Positions 15,098 to 28,358 of a stretch of 64,000 bases of DNA are shown here, in pieces. The position numbers were made by a program, and so were the translations under genes. Source of the DNA: Podarcis erhardii (Eukaryota); the NCBI GenBank assembly GCA_964252035.1, contig CAXUOO010000189.1; one strand, given 5' to 3'. Below the pieces are notes generated by a model. That model worked only from the letters and a program-made list of their open reading frames with translations, was not told the DNA's origin and did no database searches. How positions within the stretch are numbered: the first letter of the stretch is position 1; each line of letters opens with the position of its first letter.

Positions 15098-16470
15098 CAC
15101 GAGCTAGCACACATTACAACAGAAGTATGTAAGAAACGAAGCAGAAGCAGTTTATTTGTATATATATTCATGTATAGACACACACACTACAGCAGAAACT
15201 AGCACCAATAGCTGCACGACTTTTCGTTTCTTCAACAAAAATATGTTCTCATAGCGTCAAAAAGCAACAGCGATTGCCTGAAGCAGCGTCTATGTGTCTG
15301 TCTAGATATTTGAATCAGAATATGATTACATAAATATACGCATAAATGTATATATATATATCTATGTATATATTTACAGCTGCCGCAGCAGAAAGAAGTC
15401 GGTAGCTCGTACGTAAGCAATAAGAGGGGCAACAGCTGGAGCAACATCGTCAGCATTGAAGCCAAGAAAGAGCAACTGCCTTAATGTACAGATAATACAG
15501 ATATTTACCTATTTTTATAGCTGTAAAGTCTATTATTACAACCATACACGTGACACGTTATGAGTGTACCAACTTCTATTAGAAATTCAGCAGCAGAAAA
15601 TACAATCTAAAGCAGCTTATGAAGGGCCTGTTGCTCACAAATACGTGCACGTGTAAAATAAATTCTATCTAACTGTCATAAGAATACACTTCTAAATATA
15701 CATAAATATGTATTCCTATATTCATGGAAGGTTGTAGTTGTAAAAGCTGCTACATTGTATTAAAAATTTACATCTTTTCATCAGTTAGCCTGTAAGTGAA
15801 ACTCTCGTTGCCAATGCGTGTTCTTTAGTCCTGTATTGGAAACGTGTATAAATATGTGTACATATATGTGATTCTTTATCTTTCCTATGGATATATATAT
15901 ATATTATATATATATGTGTAGTTTCGAATATGCTGTATTAGAATGAGCTTGAACGACATTTTAGGCGTTTCTAATTGTGCTGCAATGCGTGCTTGAATAC
16001 AACGGACTTTTGCGAGCATGTATACACGTATAAACATCCATCTATATATATGAAAATATATGTATTCATGATTATATTTCTATGGATTCTAGATATATAT
16101 ATTTGAAGTTTGTGTCTGCGCTGATTTTTCACAATAGTGTTGCTCTGCCAAGTTGAATTTAGAGCACTCAAATGTGTGTATAAATCTATTTTTCTATGTA
16201 TTCAAAGCTATACACAAATACTGGTATATATGTACATGTTTTTACGTATATATCAGTCTCTATATGTGTCCATAGGTAGAGAGCTTATAAGAGTATATTA
16301 GTGTAGACGTACACTCAACATCCAGTATCTATAAATGTATATATGTACGTATATCCCCATGTATACATATTTATACTTATCCACGTATAGTTTTGTCTAT
16401 GCGGACATCAATGTGGAGAATGAAGCACACACGTACTGCACATGATAATATAAAAATATATATGCTTACT

Positions 16471-16510
<40 letters not shown>

Positions 16511-17566
16511 TTTGTTGTGCATGGAGATGCAGACATACTTTTTCTTTTATCTTTTCTGTGATTCTACAGCTCTGCCAAGTGGCACAAAATATAACATCTC
16601 TTCGAGAGTTTCTTGCAGGCACCGTTATGCCCGCGCTTGTACGAAGGATGGTAGGTGTTTATAATTTATTTTTGTCTGTGTTGTAAGTTTCTCCTGTGTG
16701 TAACAACCATAATTCGAAAAACTGCATTATACTAAATATAAAAATATATTTATATATATATAAATATGTTTTGGAAACTTGTTCCTGCAAAGAAGGGTTT
16801 GTTTGATTGCGGTAAAGTGTATGTATATATATATATATATACTGTAGCTTTCACTTTGGACAAAAGTGTGTCCGATTGCAGAACCTTCATATATATCTTA
16901 CATATATATATCTATATACATGTACATATATAAATTTGTACATTTATTCAATGTTTGTGTATGCATGAGTATATAACTATCGTGTCTCAGTTGCCGCGAG
17001 CTTTCCTTTTCTACAGAAGAAGTCTGGCTTACAATCGTACAACCTAATAATTCCTCTCAAATACATAGTAGAATCCAAACTCTCTCTAAATTTGAGTACT
17101 TTCTCCTTGTTCATGATTGCTTACATATGTGCGACTTTTGTATAGGTGGTCGTGTACATGTCAGTAGAAATCACTATAAATAGATTTATTTGCAGACACA
17201 ACATGTGCGTATTCTAGATACATATATATATATATATATACATATATTTGAATTTATATTTTACGTGTACACGGTGGTTCCGTCGTGCACTACGTGAGAA
17301 TCGCCTCACAATACTATAAAATTATGGGTATGTTTTGTATAGAAAATATTTACATACATAATATATATATATATATATATATATAGATAGATAGACAGAT
17401 AGGTAGATAGATAGATGTGGAAAAGTCTATATGTGTGTATATGTATGTGAAGAAATGTCGGATAATTCCTAATGGTTATTTTTAACTTGCAGGAGTAGCT
17501 ATTTTTTCAAGTAAGAGGGGGCCCCAGGTCTGTCAGTCCATTTCTAAACGAATAGCTTGAACACTG

Positions 17567-17607
<41 letters not shown>

Positions 17608-18516
17608 GTCACGTACAGACAAGTACAAGTTTTACTGAGAAGCTGATCATCAGCGTTTGAAGACAGATGAGAGCTCTTTTCTATCGCTTACTACTTATAA
17701 AGAGCTAACGTTCATCTTTTTTCTTTAGATATACAGATATAAATATGTATATATGTAAAATATATACAAGAATAGAGGTAAGGTGGTAGCGGCTTCATTG
17801 TCGTTGCAGAGTCAGTAACACTTGGGAGCTTACGTCTGCTTTGCTGCCCTTAAATACGATATTGTTACCGTATCAATTATAGTGTTCTGAAAATTTTCAC
17901 ATGTTCAGAATGCTATTTCTGACAGACAAAAAAATGGTTTGTCAGCTCGCGCATAATGTGCATTTCAGTGCTGCTGACTCGTCTGCATCTTTCTGAAATT
18001 CAGATGCTTTTAATCGACTGAATCAAGCAATACAAAAATAAATTTGCCTTTTTGACCGAAAAAAATGAATAAATTTATGCATGCTCAATGTTGCAGCGTA
18101 GATGCGCGTGCGTTTTGTTTCATAGCAGATACACTAGGACCAATAATTTCTTCATAATTACAACAGTAATAGATTCATATATACGTAACATCGTGTTGCT
18201 GTAAATGTTGAGCTTTTACGCTGTCTTCAGATATGGAGCAACAAGAGCCTTTGGAAAGGCTTTCTTATGGCGATGTCTATTCTCTGGGCTGAGCAAAAAG
18301 ATCTTCTTTTTAAAGTCATATTACTTCTGCCAGAGTCAGCTTGATTTTCTCATTTCCAGCCATGCATACACAAGTTCCTCAATACTGCTACTCTCCATAT
18401 ATATGTATATATATATATGTAGAGATAGAGAGAGAGAGAGATGCAAAGAGAGAGGAAGCGAATATATTTGTGTATACATGGATCTGAGCTTATATGTCAA
18501 CATATATGAGCATATT

Positions 18517-18555
<39 letters not shown>

Positions 18556-19815
18556 GGAGAGCGAGTTGCGTATGCGTACATTTGAGCATATATATGTGAT
18601 CAAATTCTCAGTGCAGTATAGCATCAACGACCAAGAAAGATACTAATTTATTTGTAGCCGATATGATCAGATGACGACGTAGCACTAGATTAGATACATA
18701 ATAATCTATTTGCAAGTATAAAAATTCCTGCAAATTGATCGCCAATATTCCGATCGTTCTCTGACAAAACATTTACGGGTTCGAATACTGAGGACTGCAA
18801 ACGCTAACCCATCTGCAGAGTACGCGCATGCATGCACATATCAGCATATGACATATATATATATATATATATATACTGCTGACTTGAAATAAAGTTTACC
18901 AGTGTATTTTTAGTAATAAGCTAATCTAGATACTTGAAAGCGTAGAGTGTATAAGAATGATTGTGATGACTGATTCAACCTATTCATATACATATATTGT
19001 ATAGACGTGTCATCTTGTGAAAATGTAACCAAGTAGGTATACACGTACAAGACAAGAAATCGAGTTGCATATTAATAAGCTAGACGGGGGTTGTCGCTTT
19101 ACACTAACACTTCGAAATAGATTGAGCCTACCAAACACATTCAAACATATACACAGAAGCATGCTTAGGTTCCTCTTTCTCTTTATATATTTGAGAGTGA
19201 ATATATTTTGGATATATATATATATATATATATGTACGTATATACTCAAGCAGCCGCGAGTTGACAAACGAGTATAATGAAAAAAAATTTCGCGTAATTT
19301 GTTACTCCTTATGATATAAATATTCATGATTGACTTTGTTACTAGTGCTCCCCTGTATATATATATGAGGGAGTTTTAGTGTGATTTACAATGTGTTTTC
19401 GAGAATAAAGTCACAAACGCCAGTCTCTCTTGTTCGGAGGCATTATACAAGCACAACGCTAACGTTTTTCACTATATCAGGCAGATAAATCTTTGAATTG
19501 GTCAGCTCAGTCCATCAACATTCACATATACATAGACATAACATATGTCTATGTATATGTGTATACGTAGGTTTATAAATGTTCTAGCTCTTCTCCGGTT
19601 GTTCTTTCGCTGAAAAACAGACAGGCACTTAGCGGCATTGACTAGTGTTTTGTGTGCTGCGTTTCTTTAACAGAGGAGAGGGTAAAGAAGTCCTCAGACA
19701 CCTGCAACAGCGGCATGCAATAACATCTGATTTAACAACTTTCATACGACAAGACGAAAACACTCGGCGCTCTTGTCCTCCTTACTTACTTGTCCTTTTA
19801 GGCCTAGATTCTTGA
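10358..19815 (+). CDS. SYMPK: Symplekin/Pta1-like 3'-end-processing scaffold, C-terminal (Symplekin_C) exons
   Basis: Exons 10358-10539, 11747-11847, 13246-13317, 16570-16650, 18231-18334 and 19674-19815 join in phase with canonical GT-AG sites. They give EQLEVLAPLIVFDDFDEKTLKQALKRLLTLP..LTGEQLLLIFYNL..RKKQTGILDYCLDL..EVLSVDAVAAMCQRIADDDSQPISVIFGRLLCQVAQNITSLREFLAGTVMPALVRRMIWSNKSLWKGFLMAMSILW..FKVILLLPE..LLGLDS*. This follows the Symplekin_C pattern (LxPxELLIALH / VLAxVMQQL..PLPxLxMRT / KQVW..xxVWEGF..FxVILQLP). Confidence 0.85.
13457..13792. other. Assembly gap (N run)
   Basis: Run of N flanked by (ACAT)n-like repeats, inside symplekin intron 13318-16569. Confidence 0.99.
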
Positions 19816-19838
19816 CAGAATTGTTATACTCTTCTATG

Positions 19839-21038
19839 TCAGTGCACTATAATTGACTCCGAGATCTGCGCTGTTAATTCGGGGGGTTCTACAATCAAAT
19901 TCGTATACACGATGCTACATTCTGTAATTTTCCGGTTGTGGTAATCACAACTTAAAGGACCGTTCTTGTGGTGTGCAAAGTGAGATTTGAAAAAAGCAAG
20001 TAGTTCAGACGATTCAGCGGGGACACCCACAACATGCTTTTTTGTATATACTTTCGTACTCTATTCGAGGCTAGTTCCAGTTGGCTGCTGTGTTCTACAT
20101 ATATATTGATATTTTAAATGTATGTCTACGTAAACGTGTACGTAATTACCTGATATTCAGCTGATCTCGGCGAGCGGATTCATCAGGCCATCCGAGAGCG
20201 AAAGACAGCGTGCAATACACTGCATGTGTCTGCGCACGCATTTTCACTTGTGCAGCTATAAAAGCGAGAAATTCGGGAATTGCGCGTTCTCTTGGCGTTG
20301 CCGAGTCTGTGAACTTACTGTTTATATGCAATGCTGCAGTACATGCAGTTTGTGCTTTTTTTTTGGCTCAAGCATCTCTTTAGATTAAATCGCGCTTGCT
20401 TCTTCTGCATCGTCTGCTACAAGTGTATGCATCTTACATGCACAGTACCGTACCTACATTATATATATAAATGTCTATGTAAACCTATACTATATATATG
20501 TATATTTTTATCTTAGGGAGTATTTCAATTGTCCATTTTTTCTTCTCGAGCTTCCAACATGAGCTTATGACCCATACATATATATATATATATATATTTG
20601 ATTTTTATATCTGTAGGGTATGAAGTCGAAAAACGTGTTTCTAAGTATGCGTGTACCTATGTAAGTGCTTATGAGTACACTGCACGAAAATCACATGACG
20701 TTATTATGTAAGGGGCTCACACATGATTCATGCATTTGAGATGGATATTCAGCGGTGGCGGGTTTGTGTTACGTCAACAATCAAACGAAGTCGAGTTAAA
20801 ATTTGTTCACTCACGATTCTTAGCTACTGCTGAGCCGCTATACACATCAATCTGCACAGGTCTGCTCTTCTGTACGCGCGAGCTTCGATCTCCAAAAAAA
20901 AATATGTTCAGAATCGTTATTTTCTTCAACGAACGATAGTTTTTAGTCGAGATCCCATGTTCGTTTTTCAACAAGAGAGAACAGGTTTTTTGTACCCTAA
21001 ATGGTTTGCCCTTCTGATTTTACATTGCAATTTCATCA

Positions 21039-21080
<42 letters not shown>

Positions 21081-21205
21081 CATCACACTCTTGAAATTTT
21101 TATACAGAGTTAAGGACGAACGGAAAAAAGTACACTCAGCGATCTTAAGGACGTAGGACAGCATGGTCTTCAGGTTCCTCTGTTTCACAATATGTTTAAA
21201 TGTAC

Positions 21206-21240
<35 letters not shown>

Positions 21241-21731
21241 TATGCATTCAGCCGTAAATGCAGAAAAATCTGAAACACAAGTATATACTATTCTATACTC
21301 ATGTGTACGCTGCCTAGCAATTCATGTATAAAAACTTGAGAAAATAACAATTTTGCGCTTTGAGTACTCTTTCCTTGAGCTTTTCTTGTTCAACTTCGCT
21401 CAGTCTACAAGTCGCTCGACCCTTCTGTTATGACCGGATACCGTATCCTCTCTTGCGAAGCTCTGAGACGACGCTAAATGTTATATACTTGTCAGCGTAG
21501 TGTACACAAGATTTGAATTAAATATATAAATAATATGTATATATATATATATATATATCGAGACCACTACCATAGTGAAATTTTGGATCCGTCCAGACTC
21601 GATCAGCCAGTGTCTGTTCTTTCGCTTCGACTCAGGCATTACCTAAACTCGTTATGCAAAGGTCGTAGTTCCGGCCACATTGGGAACGGAGACCTGCTCC
21701 TCTCTTCTGTCACGTTACGAGTGCATATCAG

Positions 21732-21792
<61 letters not shown>

Positions 21793-22569
21793 GTCAAGTA
21801 CGAAAAATCCGTTTACTAGCACTCATTTGTTTGGTATTCTACCGTGCACGATGTGGATAATGTGAAGGAGCACCTTGCAGTCCACAATGTTTCACTGGAT
21901 ACCTGTCTGCAACTGTACATATATATATGTATAAACATGTATATGCGAGAGTGACCAACAGCAAGACATATGCAAGTGGTGGCGTGTCATCAAACGCTGC
22001 ACCGATACTTACCCTTCCTGTCATTTGCTCTGTAGTTCTTGAACCATAATTGTATGTATGGAAAAATCAAAAGTTTTTCTTTGTACACTTATACTTATAT
22101 GTGATTTCAAATGTCTTGATTGACATTTTTTTTTCTGAAAAAAGGAACCACTCAAGAAGTTTCGGAGATTATCATAGGGCGTACCGACAAATCATGTCTG
22201 TTGAACAATGCAAGTGGCATAAATGAATATAACACTTACGCATTTTCGACGATTGAAATATTTGAACAATATTTCATACAGAAATCCGTTAAAAATTGAT
22301 CTGGAAATCTACAAACATGGTAGAATCCAATATGGCGGGGCAGCTAATTTAGTGAGGTTAATAGAATCCAATTCGCTAATGTTTGACAAAATTGACCAAG
22401 AAAAATGATCTTATTCTTTCGAAACTTATGCAAAGTAAAAATTCGCAAAAGTCAACGAATTTACGCAAAGAAGACATTAGCGCATTGATTTCGGCAACCG
22501 TTCATGCTTTACACCATATCATACCTGGACAAAATTCACTCATTAGTTCGTATTTCCCGGCATTTGAAA

Positions 22570-22615
<46 letters not shown>

Positions 22616-22970
22616 GCAGTTTTCGAAGTGCTGTATGTAGAAATGTGACCGCATTCACTCATGAGAAACATGGTATTTGGTTTTTTTTTCCTGTTAGGGT
22701 AGAATTATGGAAAGAATTATTTACCCTTTTCTCTGTTATATCTACGCTTCCGTTTTTCCGCACCTATTTTTCTCGAAATTGTGCATGCTACTGAATATAT
22801 TGTAATGTCGTACAATTGTATAGGCATCGTCTCTCCTTCCTCTGTGCTCCTCTGCTCTAATTCTACTCTCCACTTTGATTTACTTTCTCTATCTGATCTG
22901 GTTCTTTTCACTGTTTCCCCTTCGCTTGCGATGCGGCCTATTAGAAGAGCTGAAAGCATCGCTAAAAGAT
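19839..22970 (-). CDS. Hypothetical multi-exon gene (unresolved structure)
   Basis: Terminal exon 19839-19950 (tttaag|T CDYHNRKITECSIVYTNLIVEPPELTAQISESIIVH*) is phase-compatible with a strong donor AG|gtaatt at 20150 (..LGWPDESARRDQLNI). Further strong - strand donors (gtgagt ~20815, gtaagt ~22240) and the 22717-22977 ORF suggest more exons. No family recognised. Confidence 0.35.
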
Positions 22971-23189
22971 GCGTCAAGCAGATGTCTACATTCTATACTT
23001 TGTTTGAGGAAAATACGAGATCTGCTTCAGTCACAAAAGTAAAAACTCGCTCCGAAGATGTGCGGCCTATTAGAAGAGCCGGAAGCATCGCTAAAAGATG
23101 CGTCAAGCAGACGTCTACATTCTATACATTGTTTGAGGAAAGTACGAGATCTGCTTCAGTCACAAAAATAAAACCCTCTCTGAAGACGT
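22932..23189. repeat. 129-nt (43-codon) tandem duplication, two copies
   Basis: TGCGGCCTATTAGAAGAGC..CGAAGAT starts at 22932 and again at 23061, with a handful of substitutions. Confidence 0.93.
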
Positions 23190-23218
23190 GCTAAGCGGAT
23201 TGAAACTAGATATATGCC

Positions 23219-23261
<43 letters not shown>

Positions 23262-24590
23262 TATATGTACATTTCACTTTTCCTCCTGCTCACTATATAC
23301 TCCTACTGGTGTGGAGTTAAAACAGCAGCAACACACACACGCTCACCACCAAATTAATATTACGCCAATATGCGTGTGTGCTCGCATTGTTCTAGAAAAT
23401 CATCTAAGGAAAAGTGCGAGTGGACAACTTAGGGAAAGAAACTTGAATTCCTGCATGCATGTTTATGTGATATTTTTTAAGTATTCGCATGCATATAAAT
23501 CAGGCATTTTTCTCCATGATGACACCGCGAGCATTAGCTAATCGTCCTAGTTAATTTTTTCTCTAGTGTCTGCTCCAGATTTACTTTCAGTCACCAAAAT
23601 AATGATAGCCACGCTGTGGCTTCGACCATTACGCATAAAGACCGTATGCACTTTCGCTGTTGCTCTCTGATTTTTTTCTTTCACCCAGCCGTTGTTACTT
23701 CGCTGATCTTTCCACATAATTCGTAGTGGAATTACTTTGTGTAATTGTGTACTTACAAATTACCTTATTATATATGCGCATCAAACCCTTTTTACACAGT
23801 TTGTTGTGCTCGCTTTTTTGGTCAACCGTTACGAACACAACGTCAAATTTGTAACTGTTCTTTCAATACACAATATTCACACGCATGGCAGTGTGTAAGT
23901 GAGTGTATCCGCCAATCTGGTAGACTTACATATGTGTTTAGATCGACTCTGAGAAGGAAACACCAATATCTATCGACTGCTGGCGCCGAAGCTTAGCAGT
24001 TCGTTGAGCCTAGGCAGTGGCCGGTATGCTAAGAAATTAAGATGAGAAAATGCTCAGCCGAGAACACACCTCATCCCCACACAGCTCCGTTCATTAGCAG
24101 CCGGGTGAGGATAACAGTATTTAGTCCGCAGTGTAGTTGAGAGAAGGTCTGCATACATGTTGGATGTACGTTGTAGAGATTATGTACAAGGTGTATCATT
24201 CCCCTATATGATTAATAGCAGCGTTAGTCCAGATTGTTACCGTCTCTTTATGGAACAGTGCTGAAACGAAAATCTGCAATGTTCCACTGTCAATAGAAAA
24301 CGACGTCTTTAAAGTCTCCACATACGTTTGGTAGAATCCTGATCATTGGGAATTCTTGTTTATTTGTACTGTCTATGTGTATAAAAACTTGAATGTACAT
24401 ATATATGCATATTGATGAGATGAAAGTGACATGAAAGAAGTAAGAAAACATCTCTGATTCCTTGAGGAATAGAAGTTTATATCATTTCTGGCGTTCTCCC
24501 ACATGATCTGATCTCGTGTCTCCTTATATGTGTATTGTATACGTGTACAACTATAAGTCTCCACATGTGACTATGTACAGACCTTTAGCA

Positions 24591-24633
<43 letters not shown>

Positions 24634-25512
24634 GTGTGAAAGAAGACGTTGTAGTAGAGAAAGAGCTACCATATTTGTATTTGCTTCTGTATACGGTTCC
24701 TTTGTCGCTCTTTCCATTGTATACAAACGCAGGCAACTCGGTGACGCGCTCGTACGAGTCGTGGTTTGGTTGTTAATTTTTCTAACAATTTATATTTTCG
24801 TAAAAGGCGTGTATGAACGCTCTTGATGTCGAATATCGCTTCAACCAGTCTTATGTGTAAATTGAGAAAGGTAGCGCTCTATTTCCTTTCAAATTTATGT
24901 GGTTATTTCATATGTTGTCCTCCTTTCTGCTGCTGTCTACATGGTCATCCACTTTTCGCTGGTATATGCTATTCTAGAATGTGTTGCGATTGTATCTAAT
25001 GCTGGCGGCTTTTTTCTTGTTGTGCTTTTGATGTCATCATAATCATCTGAACCTTTGTTTTATATTTACGCAAATTACTCAGTGCGCTATAATGTATCTG
25101 AGCATGTACATTCTCCGTATCTCTGTAAACAATAGTGTACGGCGCATCGGCAACAACAGTGCCTACATATCTATGTTTAAGTAGGTCTATGTGACTGCCG
25201 CCTCTTCTTTCTTGCAGGGACCCTCTCATTTTCAGCGCTCGCGTGAACGAGTGCTAACAGACCTTCAAATATCAAAGAGAGAAGCTGATGTACATTACAC
25301 AAAGCAATGTAGCGGCTACCAACGCTACAGTGCAGCTGTACCACGCAAACAGAGACTAGCGGCATGTCGGGAAACATGGCATCCCGTCACTCCGAAACCC
25401 TCACAAGTAACGAGCCAGTCATAAGCGCAATTTTTTCGAATTTGCGATGAGCAAGCCGCAAATTTTTATGACCGACAATACATAGATTAACAAATAAAGA
25501 ACTAGCTTTTGT

Positions 25513-27340
25513 ATGTTAAAGCTAATAAGTGAGGCCTCGTTGCCGTCAAAAGACGTCTACGGCTATATTTTCAACTTGAAAAGAGTTACTGTATGGTGCC
25601 ATATAAAACAGTCTGCAAGTGACCGTAATATAGTGTATTGTTCTGCGTGTCATCGCGTGTCCACGGAGTTCGTTCTCATACAAAATTTATCAGCCGTTCT
25701 GGTTGCGCGCTGGAAGCGAAAGTATAGGACTTAAAAATTGTTCCACGTAGTAGAACATGCTTTTCTGTAGCAAATAGCATTATGGAAAATAAGAAGGGCA
25801 ATCGTGTTTGCACTTTGCGTCTTCATTCTAAAACATTCATAGTGTTTCTCGTCTAGATACGCTCAGCGTAACCTTTTGCGGCTCAAGACCTCCATGCTTG
25901 CATGAAGGAGCTTCAGATTTGAAACACACAAAGCCAGCCATGGATTCCTATCTCGAAAGCACTTTTCTAGCAATGGTGCATCCCGTTCGACGCAGTTCGT
26001 TTCCCGTGTTGACACTAGTGCTATGTGATAAAAGTGTGACTTATCAATTTTCATTCAATTTGCACTGTCTAAATTTTTTTTGTCCTGTTACGACAGCCAT
26101 TGAGTATAAAACAATGGAGAGATTTGCTGAGTCAATGGCGCCACCGCGTGCATCGCTGGACGAATGTAAGTGATGCTGTCAACTACACTTTTCTTGATTT
26201 CTTGCATGCTGTAACAATTGTTCTCAAAAGAGTGTAGCCGCTTTATTAAGGCGTCAAAATACTTATATTGCAAATTTACAATGCCACGCAAGCACGTAGC
26301 ATGTTTGCTTTTGTCAGATTCATTTTTGAGTATTTACTCACTTGCTGCATTTTTTTCTGAAGTACAGATGTGATGCATCACATCAGTCATATTGTTAGAG
26401 CGGAGCGGATTATTCAAGAAAGGTGTGTCGAGCAGCTCTTATAAACTTTGAATTCTCTTACTCAAGCATTGCAGTGCACTGGATTCTGACTAACAATACT
26501 CTGCACTATGTGAGTCGCTTCATCTTTGCAGTTATCGGAAAGCGTGTTCAAGCGCGTTGCTGAGCTGCCTCCAATAGAACAGATAAAATTTTTGAACGAA
26601 TTGGATGGCAAAGGACTGGATTCAAGAGACGACGTTGTTACAGCTCTTTCGGCACGATATAAAGAACTACCGGGCGCTGATGCGGTTTCAACGGAAGTAA
26701 GACCACTCCCTTATAGCCGTTTGCTCTGCAACCGCTCAAATACATATATCAATTACTCTTTTCCTTGTATTTGTTTACATTGCTATGCAGCCTCGAGGAA
26801 TGACATCCATGGATATTGCTCGCCTTTTGACTGCAGCTGACGATACGTTGCGGGAACGACCGAGCGTATTTCGTTCTAGAGCTGTCCTTTTCGTGCCCTC
26901 ATGGTATCGTACAGTCCTCTACAGGAGGGGGTAAGGATGGCTGCCGATGTGTTAAACCACGTATATGAAGCTGCATCGGATGCTGTATCGATTTCTATAT
27001 TTATAAATAACATTTGTTCTCTCAATGTCAAGGATTTTCAAAATTAAGCAGTTTTTGTGGGATTTCTTCTTCAAACTTTTTCACAGATTTGACATCGTGC
27101 AAGAAAATGATTTTAAAGTGGTGGTTACAGCAGCCGCTAAAAACGCAAGTAAGGCCGCAAGCAGCATAAAGATACTAAGATATATGCAACTGCAACAGTG
27201 CGCCATATATCTGACAAAAATGTAGTTTCTATGCGTGTTTGGTTTTTCAGGTGAAACTGCAGCTTTTCGTGATGAAGGCTTTGAAGACTCCGTGGCGTTT
27301 ATGTCGGCTGTATATGGACATTTTGCATGCACCTCTATAG
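25513..27340 (+). CDS. Hypothetical multi-exon protein with short introns
   Basis: The 3' part reads as a phase-consistent chain: 26532-26696 (LSESVFKRVAELPPIEQIKFLNELDG..STE|gtaaga), ~26792-26932 (PRGMTSMDIARLLTAADD..TGG|gtaagg), ~27088-27149 (DLTSCKKMILKWWLQQPLKTQ|gtaagg), 27251-27340 (VKLQLFVMKALKTPWRLCRLYMDILHAPL*). The 5' exons and start are ambiguous. An alternative last-exon frame (ORF 27235-27756) is also open. Confidence 0.45.
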
Positions 27341-28358
27341 AGAAGGTGGCGCAAAATTATACAAACTCATTTTCATCAGAAGCACTGAAGGATGAAACAC
27401 AGAAAACTTGTTTCAAAAAATATGTCAATTTTACAGACACGTGTGAGCAGAATTTTTCCAGTCTACCTCTAGATTTGTTGTACAGGCTTCAACACAGATT
27501 GCCACCCATTACTGGAATGTGCTCAACTGTGCGTAATTCTCCAGTGCATTCAGATGAGCAGCTGCGTCAAAATGATCTTTTTAAGTATTCGATGCGACTC
27601 AAACGCCTCGCTGTCATGCAGTATCTCGCAGGATCATTTGCGATACCGCAAGTGCAATCGCGAAAACGCTGGAGTGTAGCAAACACTTGCCAGTGCGTTC
27701 CTATGCAAAGACCTCGCAAAAGGTTCATGCCATTTCCGCTGCAACATAATCCGTAATAACGAGAAAAAAGTTACTGCGGCCTTTTTTACTGAGTTCTTGG
27801 TGCTTTTACTGCCTTTAAATGGCTGTTGCATAGTTCTGTTGATACTCCACAACCTCTGCGACTCGCTGTAGCTGCTGTTTCGAATAAACTTCTGAGCCTG
27901 CTTCTTTCTAAAAATTCAGCTTCTTCTCTTTAATGTGGAGTTTACTACAATAACTTTGTCATTTGAACCATTGCTGCTGCTAGAAGAGTTTTTTGTATGT
28001 GCTGCTTCAATATTCATGGGTGCATGCTTTTCGGCAATGGGATGCTGCTTCTTCACTGTTGTTTCTGGTAATTATGCGTGTTGCTCTTACGGCCAAAGAC
28101 TGCAGCATTTCCTTAGTAGATGATAAGTAGAAGGCCTCATAGCTTTACTGGCGCTTGTTCTACTTCTTTTGCTGGGTTTTTTGTGAAGAAGCTGCGTACA
28201 ATAGCATTCAATCGTATATCCTAATTTCGATTTCTCCATCTGTTGGAATGCTTAGTTAGCAAGCTGCTCAATATTTCTTTCTACTGCCTTCTGCTTCACC
28301 ACCGTTAACTCATACGCATAATATAGTGTAATTTCCTGTCCTATGATATAAAGTATGT

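Larger units (their letters stand above)
301..24632. repeat. Dense dispersed (TA)n microsatellites (plus (CA)n, (GTAT)n, (AGAT)n), left repeat-rich segment
   Basis: Dozens of perfect (TA)n tracts, e.g. 5498-5548, 8261-8308, 12719-12762, 15055-15094, 16467-16507, 21041-21078, 21735-21784, 24596-24632; all are intronic or intergenic. Confidence 0.95.
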
